Assembly: GCA_016720395.1 (NCBI GenBank)
Contig: JADKKR010000008.1
Span: 404-64,403, forward strand
Reading direction: 5' to 3'
DNA length: 64,000 bases
Origin: Geobacteraceae bacterium
Lineage (GTDB): Bacteria; Desulfobacterota; Desulfuromonadia; Geobacterales; Pseudopelobacteraceae
Shown here in pieces: positions 36,740 through 47,700 of this stretch. Positions within the stretch are counted from its first letter, which is position 1. Each line of letters begins with the position of its first letter. The notes beneath the pieces are model-generated. The model saw only the letters and a program-made list of their open reading frames with translations. It made no database searches and was not told the origin of the DNA. Both the position numbers and the translations under genes were made by a program.

Positions 36740-39700
36740 ATGGCCAACCTCGGCTTTGCAGGTAAAATTGCCCGCGCATTCATAAACTCGAAACTGACCC
36801 CGCTGATCGTAGGAGCATCCTTATTGCTGGGGCTCTTTGCTGTCAAGATGACCCCCCGCGAGGAAGAACCGCAGATCGTGGTGCCCATGGTGGATATCTA
36901 CCTCCCCATGCCCGGTTCCACCCCGCAGGAGGTTCAGGAGCGGGTAGTCAAGCCTTTGAGGCCAAATTGTGGGAGATCAAGGGGGGTCGAGTACCTCTAT
37001 TCCATGAGCCGGCCGGGCATGGGGATTATCACCGTGCGCTTCCTGGTGGGACAGCCGATGGAGGAGTCGCTGGTCAAGCTCTACAACAAGGTCATGAGCA
37101 ATCGCGGCGTTCTGCCGCCGGGTGCCGGTGAACCGCTGGTGGTGCCGAAGTCCATCGACGACGTGCCGATCATGGCCCTGACGCTCTGGTCGGAACGTTA
37201 TGACCATGGCACCCTGCGTACCCTGGCCAGGGAAGTGGCCGATGAACTGAAGAAAAGCGAAAACAGCGCTGAGGTGGAGATCAAGGGAGGGCTGCCCCGC
37301 CAGCTGCGGGTGACTCTGGATGCCCCTCGTCTGGCCGGTTACGGTCTGTCCCCGCTGCAGGTGGCGGGAGCCCTTCAGAAGGGTAATGCTTCTCTGCCGT
37401 CGGGGTCATTTTCCGGTGCCGACAAGGAAACCACCGTGGTGACCGGCGGCTTCCTTGACAGTGCCGATGCGGTAGAGCGAACGGTAGTTGGGGTCTACGG
37501 CAACAAGCCGGTCTACCTGAGTGACGTTGCGCAGATCCAGGACGGTGTTCAGGAACCGGAGGATTATGTCTTCATGGGCATGGGACCGGGAGCCGCCCAT
37601 AAGAAGCTCACCGGGAAACCCCGGCAGGACTATGCTGCGGTGACTATCTCCGTGGCAAAGAGGAAGGGGGCCAACGCCACCTGGGTAGCCGAGGACCTGG
37701 TAAGAAAGGTCGAGTCACTCAAGGGCAAGGTGATCCCCTCCGATGTGCAGGTAACGATCACCCGCAACTACGGCGAGACCGCCAAGGAAAAGAACAATGA
37801 GCTGCTCTTTCACATGTTCCTGGCTGCCATCTCGGTCACGATCCTGATTGCGGTCTTCATGGGCTGGCGCGCAGGAGCAGTAGCCGCCATAGCCATCCCG
37901 GTCACCCTGGCGTTGACCATGCTGATCTTCTACCTGATCGGCTACACCCTCAACCGGATCACGCTCTTCGCCCTGATCTTCTCCATCGGCATTCTGGTGG
38001 ACGACGCCATCGTGGTGGTAGAGAACATCCACCGCTACTTTACCACTACGGTAATGAAGCCGCTGGATGCCGCCATCAAGGCGGTGGATGAGATCGGCAA
38101 CCCCACGATGCTGGCCACTTTTGCCGTCATTGCCTCGATCCTGCCCATGGGGTTCGTGGGCGGCCTGATGGGCCCCTACATGCGCCCGATACCGGTCGGT
38201 GCCAGCATGGCCATGCTTTTCTCCATGCTGATAGCCTTTATCGTCACACCATACTTTGCCTTCCGTTTCACGAAGGGCGAGTCCCACCACGGCTCAGGTG
38301 AGGCACCGGAGGATTCCCGGCTTACGGCCTTTACCGTCTCTGGATGGGGCGCCTGATCCACGAGAAGGGTCTGCGCTACGGTTTCCTGTCCGCGGTGGTG
38401 GTCATGCTGCTGCTCTCCTGTTCCCTGATCCTGTTCAAGGCCGTGACGGTCAAGATGCTCCCCCTTCGACAACAAGAACGAACTGCAGGTGATCATCGAT
38501 GCCCCGGACGGAACGTCGCTGGAGCAGACCGCCCGCATAACCCGCGAGATGGGCGATGCCCTGCGTACGGTGCCGGAGGTGACTGATTTCCAAATGTATA
38601 TCGGTCCAGCGCCCCGTTCAATTTCAACGGCCTGGTGCGTCATTATTACCTGCGCAAGGGCTCGAATCTGGCAGACATTCAGGTCAACCTGCTGCCCAAG
38701 GATCAGCGCAAGGATCAGTCCCACGCCATAGCCAAGCGCATCCGCCCGCTGGTCAAGTCCATCGCCGACAGGCATGGCGCCCGGGTCAAGGTGGCCGAGA
38801 TTCCCCCCGGCCCGCCGGTACTCTCCACGCTGGTAGCCGAGATCTACGGCCCTGATGATGCCAGCCGCCGGCATTGCCGGCAAGGTCAGGATATTCTCAC
38901 CCGGACCGCCGGCGTTGTTGATGTGGATATGTACCGTGAAGATGATCAGAAGAAAGTCACGTTTGCCGTGGACAGTGAAAAAGCAGCCCTCTCGGGCATT
39001 GCAAGAGGATGTCGCCCGTACACTATCCATCGCCCTGGGAGGACAGAATACCGGCATGCTGCATCTGCCCAGGGAAAAGGAGCCGGTCTATATACATCTC
39101 CGCCTGCCTGCCGGACAACGCAGTTCTGTGGCCGATCCTCGTCGATCCAGGTCCCGGGTCAGAAGGGAGTGTTCCGCTCTCCCAGCTGGTGAAGGTATCG
39201 ACAGGCAGCGAAGAGAAGACCCTTTACCGTAAAAACCTGAAGAACGTAGTCTATGTCATCGGTGATGTGGCCGGTGAGATCGAGGCCCCGGTCTATGCGA
39301 TCCTCAAGATGCAGAAAGAAATTGCCGACCTGCCAACCCCGGACGGCTCGAAGATCGAAGTCCTGGCATCCCGGCAGCCTTGGAGCGAGGAAAAGATGGG
39401 CATGAAGTGGGACGGTGAATGGCACATCACCTACGAGGTATTCCGTGATCTGGGCATCGCTTTCGGTGCGGTTATGGTGCTGATCTATATCCTGGTGGTG
39501 GCCTGGTTCAAGGATTTCACCACACCGCTGGTGATCATGGCCCCCATTCCGCTGACCCTGATCGGTATCCTGCCTGGCCATGCCATGTTCGGCGCCTTTT
39601 TACCGCCACTTCCATGATAGGCTTCATCGCACTGGCAGGGATCATTGTGCGCAACTCGATTATCCTGATCGATTTTGCCGAGATGAAACGTCGCGAGGGA

Positions 39701-39950
39701 ATGGCCCTGGACGAGGCCATAATAGAAGCCGGCGCGGTGCGTTTCCGCCCCATGCTGCTGACAGCCGCAGCAGTGGTGGTGGGAAGTTTCGTGATCGTCT
39801 TCGACCCGATATTCCAGGGCCTGGCCTGGCCATGATGTTCAGGAGATTGCATCGACCACCCTTTCCCGTGTTACAATCCCATACTGTATTATATGGTACA
39901 GAGCTGGAAAGAGCGGCACCATGCAGGAGAACCAAAAGGAGACGATGTGA
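36740..39950 (+). pseudogene. RND (AcrB/CzcA-like) inner-membrane efflux pump, at least 13 frame breaks
   Basis: Continuous RND-like sequence can be stitched from track ORFs 36740, 38344, 38489, 38635, 38855, 39009, 39614 and 39580. Breaks near 36954/36984, 38325, 38462, 38604, 38866/38889, 39000, 39137, 39167, 39598, 39826 and 39841. The 3' end is uncertain. Confidence 0.85.
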
Positions 39951-39994
39951 TTTTCTGGTCGAAAAAAGCAAAACCTTCACTGGAAGGAATGGAA

Positions 39995-40375
39995 ATGGCT
40001 GAAATATGCCAGCTGGAGGCTGAGGCGCTCTACCGGTCCGGCAGGTACCACTGTGCAGAAGCGGTACTGGAGGTCGTCAGGAAGCACTTTTCGCCCGGGA
40101 CGCCGGAGTCGGTGGTGGGAACGGTGTCAGGATTCGGCGGCGGTTCGGGGCCGGATGTGTCTGCGGTGCGGTGTCGGGTGGCACGGTCGCGCTGGGAATG
40201 GTGCTGAACGATAAAAAAGCTACCACGCACCTGACCAAGGAACTGCATACCTGGTCTCAAGGAGAAGTACGGAGTCACCTGCTGCAAGACCATCCGCCAG
40301 ACCCACAAAGGGGCCTGTCCGGTCCTGACCGGCGAGGTGGCGGGGAAAGTGGCCGAGATGCTGGGAAGAAAATAA
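39995..40375 (+). pseudogene. C_GCAxxG_C_C family redox-type protein, two frame breaks (~40151, ~40255)
   Basis: MAEICQ...YHCAEAVL...GFGGGSG | GCVCGAVSGGTVALG...HTW | KEKYGVTCCKTIRQTHKGACP...GRK*. RBS GGAAGGA. Confidence 0.7.
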
Positions 40376-40408
40376 AAAGCGAACACTTTTCGCAATATCT
40401 GCGCATAT

Positions 40409-40470
40409 CTTCAGGATTCCTTGTGCGGCGTAGCGTTGCTAGGCCTCCGCGCAATCCTTGACATCCTTGA
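40409..40470 (+). repeat. REP/MITE-like element, copy 1
   Basis: CTTCAGGATTCCTTGTGCGGCGTAGCGTTGCTAGGCCTCCGCGCAATCCTTGACATCCTTG. Related copies at 47724-47795 (inverted) and 48770-48840. Confidence 0.75.
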
Positions 40471-40546
40471 TCTTGCGAAAATTGCCCACTTCTGGAAAAT
40501 GGAATGGCTTGATCTGCTGTAAATTTTTTATAAAGGAGACGTACAT

Positions 40547-40789
40547 ATGAAAGAAGAATTCTACATCGAGCGCATTGTCCGTATCGTGGCCGGGACGTTT
40601 GTCATGATCTCGCTGCTGCTGGCGCATTTCCACTCGCCCAACTGGCTCTGGTTCACCGGCTTCGTCGGGCTTAACCTGTTCCAGTCCGGCTTCACCCAGT
40701 TCTGCCCGATGTTCAACATTCTGGCTAAAATGGGTGTGCCCCGTTTCCCGAAGAGTACGTGCTGTAAAATAAACCCCCCAAATTTTTAA
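40547..40789 (+). CDS. DUF2892 (YgaP-like) small membrane protein
   Basis: [18 protein letters not shown]...[19 protein letters not shown] pattern. Confidence 0.75.
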   Translation: MKEEFYIERIVRIVAGTFVMISLLLAHFHSPNWLWFTGFVGLNLFQSGFTQFCPMFNILAKMGVPRFPKSTCCKINPPNF

Positions 40790-41658
40790 TCTTCCGATCT
40801 TCCGAATCACCATCCTCTGCGAGAACTCCGTCGGCCCGATCAGCGGAACACTCGGTGAACACGGTTTTTCTGCCCTGATAGAACCGGCCCAGGGAGACCC
40901 GCTGCTGTTCGACACCGGGCAGGGGTTGACGCTGCTCCACAACGCCCGCCGCATGAACAGGGACCTTTCAAAGATCGGGAGAGTCGTGTTGTCACATGGG
41001 CACTACGATCACTGCGGCGGCCTGCTGCCGCTTCTTCAGGAGAATGGCCCGAAAAGAGTCTATGGCCATCCGGCTCTGTTCAGGGCCCGCCACCGCATAA
41101 AAGACACGGGAGAGTGCTGGCCCATCGGCATCCCTCATACGCGGCAGGAGCTGGAATCTGCCGGTGCCGATTTTGATCTGTCGGACGAATTCCGTGAAAT
41201 CGCACCGCAGATTTATCTGTCGGGTGAGGTGCCACGCGCTACCGTGTTTGAAACGGGTGATCAGGGGCTCTACTGTGATTGCACCGGACAGGAGGTTGAC
41301 GCAACACCGGACGATCAGTCCCTGGTCCTGGAAACGGACAAGGGTCTGGTTATCATTGTGGGCTGCTGTCATGCAGGGCTGGTCAACACAATGGAGCATG
41401 TTGCCTATTCCCTGGGCCGCCGCGATATCTACGCTGTGATCGGCGGAACGCACCTCGGTTTCTGCGGGCAGGAACAGTTTGACATGACAGTTTCCGCACT
41501 GAAATGCTGGGGAGTGCAAAAAAATAGCCGCCGGTCATTGTACCGGATTTGCAGCATCAGCACGTCTGTCGAGGGAGATGCCGAAGGAGTTTCAGGTGGC
41601 GCTGGTCGGTTTTTACGCTGAGTTTAGTTGTGCACATAATACCAATAGGAGAAGGTAG
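40773..41658 (+). pseudogene. MBL-fold metallo-hydrolase, no canonical start and a frame break in an A7 run (41518-41524)
   Basis: RITILCENSVG...GEHGFSALIE...LSHGHYDHCGGL. After ...ALKCWGVQK the family tail IAAGHCTGFAASARL... continues in the +1 frame to TAG 41656-58. Confidence 0.72.
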
Positions 41659-41660
41659 CG

Positions 41661-42036
41661 ATGAAGAAGCTGGTTCTGGCTGTCATAATGGTCTGTATGG
41701 TGTGGTCTCTGGCCCTTGCCGCCGCAAAGGATATTTCCTCACGTGAGGCGAAGGCACTGATCGAAAAAAACAAGAATATATTTCTGCTGGATGTCCGTAC
41801 CCCGCAGGGAAAACAGTCAGGCCCGGCTTCCCGGAACCGTGCTGATACCCATCAACGAGTTTGAAGGCCGTATCAAAGAAGTGCCCAGGAACAAGACCAT
41901 TCTTGTCTACTGTGCTGTCGGTTCGCGCTCGAAACCGGTGGCGGAGTACCTCTCAAGGAGCGGTTACAAGGATGTTTACAACATGTCAGACGGCATTGTC
42001 GGCTGGTACCGCAACGGTTTTCAGATTGTGAGATAG
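41661..42036 (+). pseudogene. secreted single-domain rhodanese, frame break near 41807-41809
   Basis: Signal peptide MKKLVLAVIMVCMVWSLALAAA. Active-site loop VYCAVGSRS. Stitched from track ORFs 41661 and 41791. Confidence 0.8.
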
Positions 42037-42038
42037 GC

Positions 42039-42320
42039 ATGAATACCTTCGATACCTCCGCGCATATCCTTAAAATACTCGGTCATCCATTGCGCTTGAA
42101 GATCGTCGCCGGATTGGTAAGGCAGCCGAAATGCGTCAAAGATATCTGGGGTTGCCTTGGATTGCCGCAGGCTGTCATCTCCCAGCAGCTTGCAATGCTT
42201 AAGGCAAGCGGCATTATTGAAGGCACGCGTCACGGCGTTGAGATGCACTATACTGTTATTGACCCGCTTGCAAAAGTACTCGTTGATTTCATCGAGCAGG
42301 ATTCATTTCCAGCGAGGTGA
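42039..42320 (+). CDS. ArsR/SmtB-family transcriptional regulator
   Basis: HTH ILKILGHPLRLKIV...CVKDIWGCLGLPQAVISQQLAMLKASGII. Starts 2 nt after the rhodanese stop. Confidence 0.85.
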   Translation: MNTFDTSAHILKILGHPLRLKIVAGLVRQPKCVKDIWGCLGLPQAVISQQLAMLKASGIIEGTRHGVEMHYTVIDPLAKVLVDFIEQDSFPAR

Positions 42321-42717
42321 CGTGTGAATGTTTTCCTGCCTTTGTTGATACTTCCAGCAACGCTTGTTCACACCTGAGTGTGCAGACCGTGCGACCGCGG
42401 GGGAAGAGTTTTGAGCGACACAGTCCATACAAGGCGTATTTCGTAAAACAGCCGAGATTGAAGAGCATTATCGCACAAATTACCGGTACGTCCGCATACA
42501 GGCAGAGAAAATAACGTCGCAGCTGGAAGGTCGTTATCCCTCTATGTACTTCACTAATAAGTAGTACAATAGTGCAAAATATTTATTGACAAAAAAAGTG
42601 TAATATAGTAAATGTATGAACACCGTTAACGATATGAAGTATCAGGTACTGATGGAAGACCGGCCCAGAAAAGCCATATCTTCATAGGCAGGTACGTGGC
42701 GTATAACAAACTTTTTT

Positions 42718-42748
42718 TTGACAACTATATCTATTAGGTCTATAGATA
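42718..42748 (+). promoter_or_regulatory. sbp/cys operon promoter with the same 21-bp palindrome as rrf2
   Basis: TTGACA (42718-23), 17-nt spacer, TATAGA (42741-46). TATCTAT-N7-ATAGATA at 42728-42748. Confidence 0.6.
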
Positions 42749-42764
42749 ATAACAGGAGATGAAG

Positions 42765-43764
42765 ATGGACTATAAAAAAATAGCAACGACTCTGGCTTCA
42801 CTGGCCATGGTCCTGTTCACATCGGTGGCGTCACCTGCGGCGGGCATAACCCTGTTAAATGTGTCTTATGACCCGACCCGTGAATTGTACACAGAATTTA
42901 ACGGCGCCTTTACCCGCTACTGGCAGAAGAAAACCGGTGATAAAGTCACGATCAAGCAGTCCCACGGTGGTTCCGGCAAGCAGGCCCGGTCTGTTATTGA
43001 CGGTTTGGAGGCTGACGTCGTTACACTGGCACTGGCCTATGATATCGATGCACTTGCAGAGAAGGGGCTGATCAAGCCGGGTTGGCAGAAAGAGCTGCCC
43101 CACAACAGTTCACCTTTTACATCGACAATTGTCTTCCTGGTACGCAAGGGTAACCCCAAGAAAATCAAGAACTGGGATGACCTGATCAAGCCGGGTGTCT
43201 CGGTCATCACCCAATCCCAAGACCTCAGGCGGAGCGCGTTGGAACTACCTGGCTGCCTGGGCCTTTGCCCTGCACCAACCGGGTGGTACGGATGCCAAGG
43301 CAAGATTGTTTGTCGCCAAACTCTTCAAGAACGTTCCGGTGCTGGACTCCGGTGCCCGCAGTTCAACCAACACCTTCGTTCAGCGCGGACTCGGTGATGT
43401 ACTCCTGGCCTGGGAGAACGAAGCCTTCCTGGCGATCAATGAGCTGGGACCGGACAAGTTTGAGGTTGTGACCCCATCGGAGAGCATTCTGGCCGAACCG
43501 CCGGTAGCCGTAATCGACAAGGTGGTTGACCGGCACGGGACCCGCAAAGTGGCCGAAGAGTACCTGAAATACCTTTACACCGACGAAGGTCAGAAGATCG
43601 CGGCCAAACACTACTACCGCCCGATCAACACCAAGATTCCGACGAAACTGGCCAAGGTGAAGCTCTTTACCATCGACAAGACCTTTGGTGGCTGGCAGAA
43701 GGCTCAAAAGACACATTTTGCAGACGGTGGTACGTTTGACCAGATCTACGCACCTGCTAAATAA
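42765..43764 (+). pseudogene. sbp: sulfate/thiosulfate ABC transporter substrate-binding protein, frame break near 43210
   Basis: Signal peptide. ...KPGVSVIT | [20 protein letters not shown]... is the classical Sbp/CysP motif, reached by switching from track ORF 42759 to 43195. Confidence 0.85.
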
Positions 43765-44001
43765 GCAGGGAGCGGGTAAGTTCAGGCCTCTCCCCGGCGA
43801 AAGAGCAGGTTGCAACATCTTCGAGTGTTTTTGCCGGGAAAAGTATTTCTTTTATGCACGATCTCCTTTCACCGGTTAGCGGGCTGTACAGCATTCCTGA
43901 AGAGGTCCCGCGCATGAGCTGCACATCAAAAAATCTTCTATCCAGGCCGATAATGGGTTATTGTCACAATTTATGTGCATGCCGGATACTGGGATAACCC
44001 T

Positions 44002-44832
44002 ATGAGATTGTTCAAACGTCAGAATAATGTGCTGCCGGGCTTCGGACTGACTCTGGGTTTCACGATCTTCTACCTGAGTGTGATCGTACTGATCCCGCTC
44101 TCGGCGCTGGTTTTCAGAACCTCCGGTCTGACTTGGGGGGAGTTCGTCACGACGGTCACCGCTCCGCGGGTACTGGCCTCCTATAAGGTGACCTTCGGTT
44201 CCGCCATGATCGCGGCTCTGATCAACTCGGTCTTTGGCGTTCTGGTGGCCTGGGTGCTGGTCCGTTACCGTTTCCCCGGCAGGCGGATTGTGGATGCGCT
44301 GGTGGATCTTCCTTTTGCCCTGCCGACCGCCGTTGCCGGCATCACCCTGGCCACCATTTACTCACCCAACGGCTGGGTGGGGCGCTTTCTGGAGCCGCAT
44401 GGCATCAAGGTGGCTTTCACCCCCCTCGGTATTGTCCTGGCTATGACATTCATCGGTCTGCCATTCGTGGTTCGCACCGTTCAGCCGGTAATAGAGGAAA
44501 TCGAGATCGAGCTGGAAGAGGCCGCCTCCTGCCTGGGGGCCAACCGCTGGCAGACCCTGCAGCTGGTGATCTTCCCGATGCTGCTGCCTTCGATTCTGAC
44601 CGGTTTTGCCCTGTCATTCGCCCGGGCCGTCGGTGAGTACGGCTCGATCATCTTTATTGCCGGAAACATGCCGATGGTCTCGGAGATAACACCGCTGCTG
44701 ATCATCACCAAGCTGGAGCAGTTTGACTATCGTGGCGCCACGGCTATCGCCTGTGTGATGCTGCTGACATCGTTCTCAATGCTGCTGGTCATCAATCTTC
44801 TGCAGAAGTGGAGCAGACGATACGCTGATTAG
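44002..44832 (+). CDS. cysT: sulfate ABC transporter permease CysT
   Basis: MRLFKRQNNVLPGFGLTLGFT... with EAA-loop region. Confidence 0.9.
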   Translation: MRLFKRQNNVLPGFGLTLGFTIFYLSVIVLIPLSALVFRTSGLTWGEFVTTVTAPRVLASYKVTFGSAMIAALINSVFGVLVAWVLVRYRFPGRRIVDALVDLPFALPTAVAGITLATIYSPNGWVGRFLEPHGIKVAFTPLGIVLAMTFIGLPFVVRTVQPVIEEIEIELEEAASCLGANRWQTLQLVIFPMLLPSILTGFALSFARAVGEYGSIIFIAGNMPMVSEITPLLIITKLEQFDYRGATAIACVMLLTSFSMLLVINLLQKWSRRYAD

Positions 44833-44934
44833 TAAGTTAGAAATCAGTTTCTGCGGCCTTTGCAGAAAATGAGTTCGTTAAATGATGAGTTCGTTAACCA
44901 CGTATCCTGTTCATTAGGGCAACGGAGACTTGCC

Positions 44935-45805
44935 ATGTCGGCACCGGTAACATCCATACCTACATCGAACGGCTCGAAAAAAAGGACCCAGACCGAACCT
45001 GCTGCGGTGCGCTGGTTGCTGATCTCCATTGCCCTGGTCTTTCTGACCCTGTTCCTGGCGCTGCCACTGTTCGCCGTCTTCAGCCAGGCGTTCGAGAAGG
45101 GTCTCACGGTCTACCTTGCGGCTCTCAAAGAGCCGGATACTCTGTCATCTATCAAGTTGACACTGATAACCGCAGCCGTGACCGTGCCGCTCAATCTCTT
45201 TTTCGGTGTGACTGCAGCCTGGGCCATCGCCAAGTTCAGTTTTCCCGGTAAAAACCTGCTGATCACCCTGATCGACCTGCCGTTTTCGGTTTCACCGGTT
45301 ATCTCCGGCCTGATCTACGTTCTGATCTTCGGATTGCAGGGCTGGCTGGGACCATGGCTGCAGGCGCATGATATCAGGATCGTCTTCGCCGTGCCGGGCA
45401 TCATCCTGGCCACCATATTTGTGACATTCCCTTTCGTGGCCCGCGAACTGATTCCGCTGATGGAAGCCCAGGGCAAGGAAGAGGAGGAGGCAGCCCTGGT
45501 GCTGGGGCCAGCGGCCTGCAGACCTTCTTTCGTGTGACCCTGCCCAACGTGAAGTGGGGCATCATCTATGGTGTGATCCTCTGTAACGCCCGGGCCATGG
45601 GAGAGTTTGGTGCCGTTTCGGTCGTCTCGGGACATATCCGCGGCATGACCAATACCGTGCCGCTGCATGTGGAAATCCTCTACAACGAGTACAACTACAC
45701 GGCCGCTTTGCCGTGGCCTCGCTGCTTGCCTTCCTGGCCCTGATCACTCTTGCGGTCAAGACCGTCGCCGAGTGGAAGGTCCGGCAGCAGTTGGACAACA
45801 ACTGA
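44935..45805 (+). pseudogene. cysW: sulfate ABC transporter permease CysW, frame breaks near 45505 and 45706
   Basis: ATG 44935 (RBS ACGGAGA). ...AALVLG | [22 protein letters not shown]...NEYNYTAA | [18 protein letters not shown]...DNN*. Confidence 0.85.
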
Positions 45806-45821
45806 TCGGCAGGAACTGACT

Positions 45822-46894
45822 ATGGGCATAGAAATCGAAAACATACACAAACAGTTCGGCGCATTCAGCGCCCTGGGAGATGTGAGCCTGTCGATTCCCT
45901 CAGGCGAACTGGTGGCCCTTCTGGGACCCTCCGGTTGCGGCAAGACTACGTTGTTGCGCATCATCGCCGGACTGGAGACACCCGATAGCGGCCGGATACT
46001 GTTTAACGGTGAAGATACGACCCGCAGCCACGTTCGCGAGCGGCGCGTCGGTTTTGTCTTCCAGCACTATGCCCTCTTCAGGCACATGACCGTTTTTGAC
46101 AACGTGGCCTTCGGCCTGAATGTGCGCCCCAGGCAGACACGCCCTCCAAAGAGGAGATCAGCGAGAAGGTAATGAAGCTTCTCCGCCTGGTGCAACTGGA
46201 AAATATGGCCAGCCGTTATCCATCCCAGCTTTCCGGTGGCCAGCGCCAGCGCATCGCCCCTGGCGCGTGCCCTGGCAGTGGAGCCGCAGGTGTTATTGCT
46301 GGACGAACCCTTCGGTGCGCTCGATGCCCAGGTGCGGGCCGAACTGCGGCGCTGGCTGCGCAGGCTTCATGACGAGATCCATGTCACCAGCGTATTTGTT
46401 ACGCATGACCAGGAAGAGGCCCTGGAAGTGGCTGACCGGATTGTAGTCATGAACAGGGGGAAAATAGAGCAGGCCGGCACGCCCGACGAGGTTTACGAAC
46501 AGCCGGCTACAGCTTTCGTGCTCAACTTCCTGAATAATGTCAACCTGTTTCACGGCAGGGAAATCTCAGAGACAGACGCAACAGGGTGGACAGCCGGCTG
46601 ATGCAAACGTTTCTGGCGGCGTGGACGACACACAGGCTGTTGCTTATGTCCGTTCCCCATGATATAGAGATCGAACGAAGTCGACAGGATGCGACAGCTC
46701 TCAAGGCCGAAATCAGGCATATACAGAAACTGGGCCCTGCGGTGCGTGTCACCCTTGCCATTGAAGAGAGCGGTGAGTTCCTCGAGGCTGAATTAACCCG
46801 TGATGTTTACCAGAATCTTGGTCTCCAGCAGGGAGAGCAGGTGTTTGTACGTCCACGTCAAGTAAGGGTGTTCGTGGAGGATTACCAGATTTGA
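45822..46894 (+). pseudogene. cysA: sulfate ABC transporter ATPase CysA, at least 4 frame breaks (~46143, ~46258, ~46570, ~46653)
   Basis: Walker [10 protein letters not shown], signature [10 protein letters not shown], Walker [13 protein letters not shown]-terminal domain in track ORF 46586. Confidence 0.85.
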
Positions 46895-46978
46895 CACATT
46901 AGAACCTGTTGCAGTGCTGGTATGCTTCTCTGGAATCTGATACGACACGAATCCTGCAAGTAGAACCGAGGACAGATA

Positions 46979-47674
46979 ATGTCGCAACGAATCCCCGATA
47001 GTGACTCCGGCGCCACGCCGGCTGAAATCCTGCGATCCGGCATCGAAGCGGCCGGTGGGCCGGTATCTCTGGCCTGTTCTTTTTCCCTGGAAGACGTGGC
47101 TGTAATCGATATCGCCCACAAGGCAGGGCTGCCGCTCCGCGTCTTTGCCATTGACACCGGCCGGTTGAACGAGGAGACCTATGAAGTGGCTGAGGCCCTT
47201 GCGGAGCGCTATCGTCTGAAGATCGACTGGTATCTGCCCCGACACGGTGATGTTGAGAATCTGGAACGTACCGAGGGACTGTTTTCGTTCCGCGAGTCGC
47301 TGGAAAAGCGCCTTGCCTGCTGTGCGATCCGCAAGGTAGAGCCGCTTTCACGGGCTCTCACAGGGCTTTCCGGCTGGGTGACCGGCATGCGCCGCGAGCA
47401 GAGCATTACCCGCAGTGACCTGAAAGCTGTTGAACAGGATGACATGCATGGTGGTATCATAAAGATAAATCCTCTCATCGACTGGAGCGAGGAACAGCTT
47501 CTGATCTACACAGAAGAACATCATCTGCCAAAGAACCGGCTCTATGGTATGGGTTACCGCTCCATCGGCTGTGCTCCCTGTACCCGGGCTGTCAAGCCAG
47601 GCGAGGAGGGCAGGGCGGGCAGGTGGTGGTGGGAGAATCCGGAGAATAAAGAGTGCGGTCTTCATAGACGCTGA
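46979..47674 (+). CDS. cysH: assimilatory adenylylsulfate (APS)/PAPS reductase, Fe-S type
   Basis: CC pair in LACCAIRKVEPL, CAPC in SIGCAPCTRAV, C-terminal ECGLH. Confidence 0.9.
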   Translation: MSQRIPDSDSGATPAEILRSGIEAAGGPVSLACSFSLEDVAVIDIAHKAGLPLRVFAIDTGRLNEETYEVAEALAERYRLKIDWYLPRHGDVENLERTEGLFSFRESLEKRLACCAIRKVEPLSRALTGLSGWVTGMRREQSITRSDLKAVEQDDMHGGIIKINPLIDWSEEQLLIYTEEHHLPKNRLYGMGYRSIGCAPCTRAVKPGEEGRAGRWWWENPENKECGLHRR

Positions 47675-47700
47675 TCAATAGCTGTATTTTAGATTTTGAC

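Noticed and set aside
40790-40800. Illumina adapter contamination (TCTTCCGATCT)
   Set aside because: Only 11 nt match, the preceding GC of the adapter is absent, and conserved coding sequence continues immediately after. A chance match is plausible. I mention it only in connection with the missing start codon.
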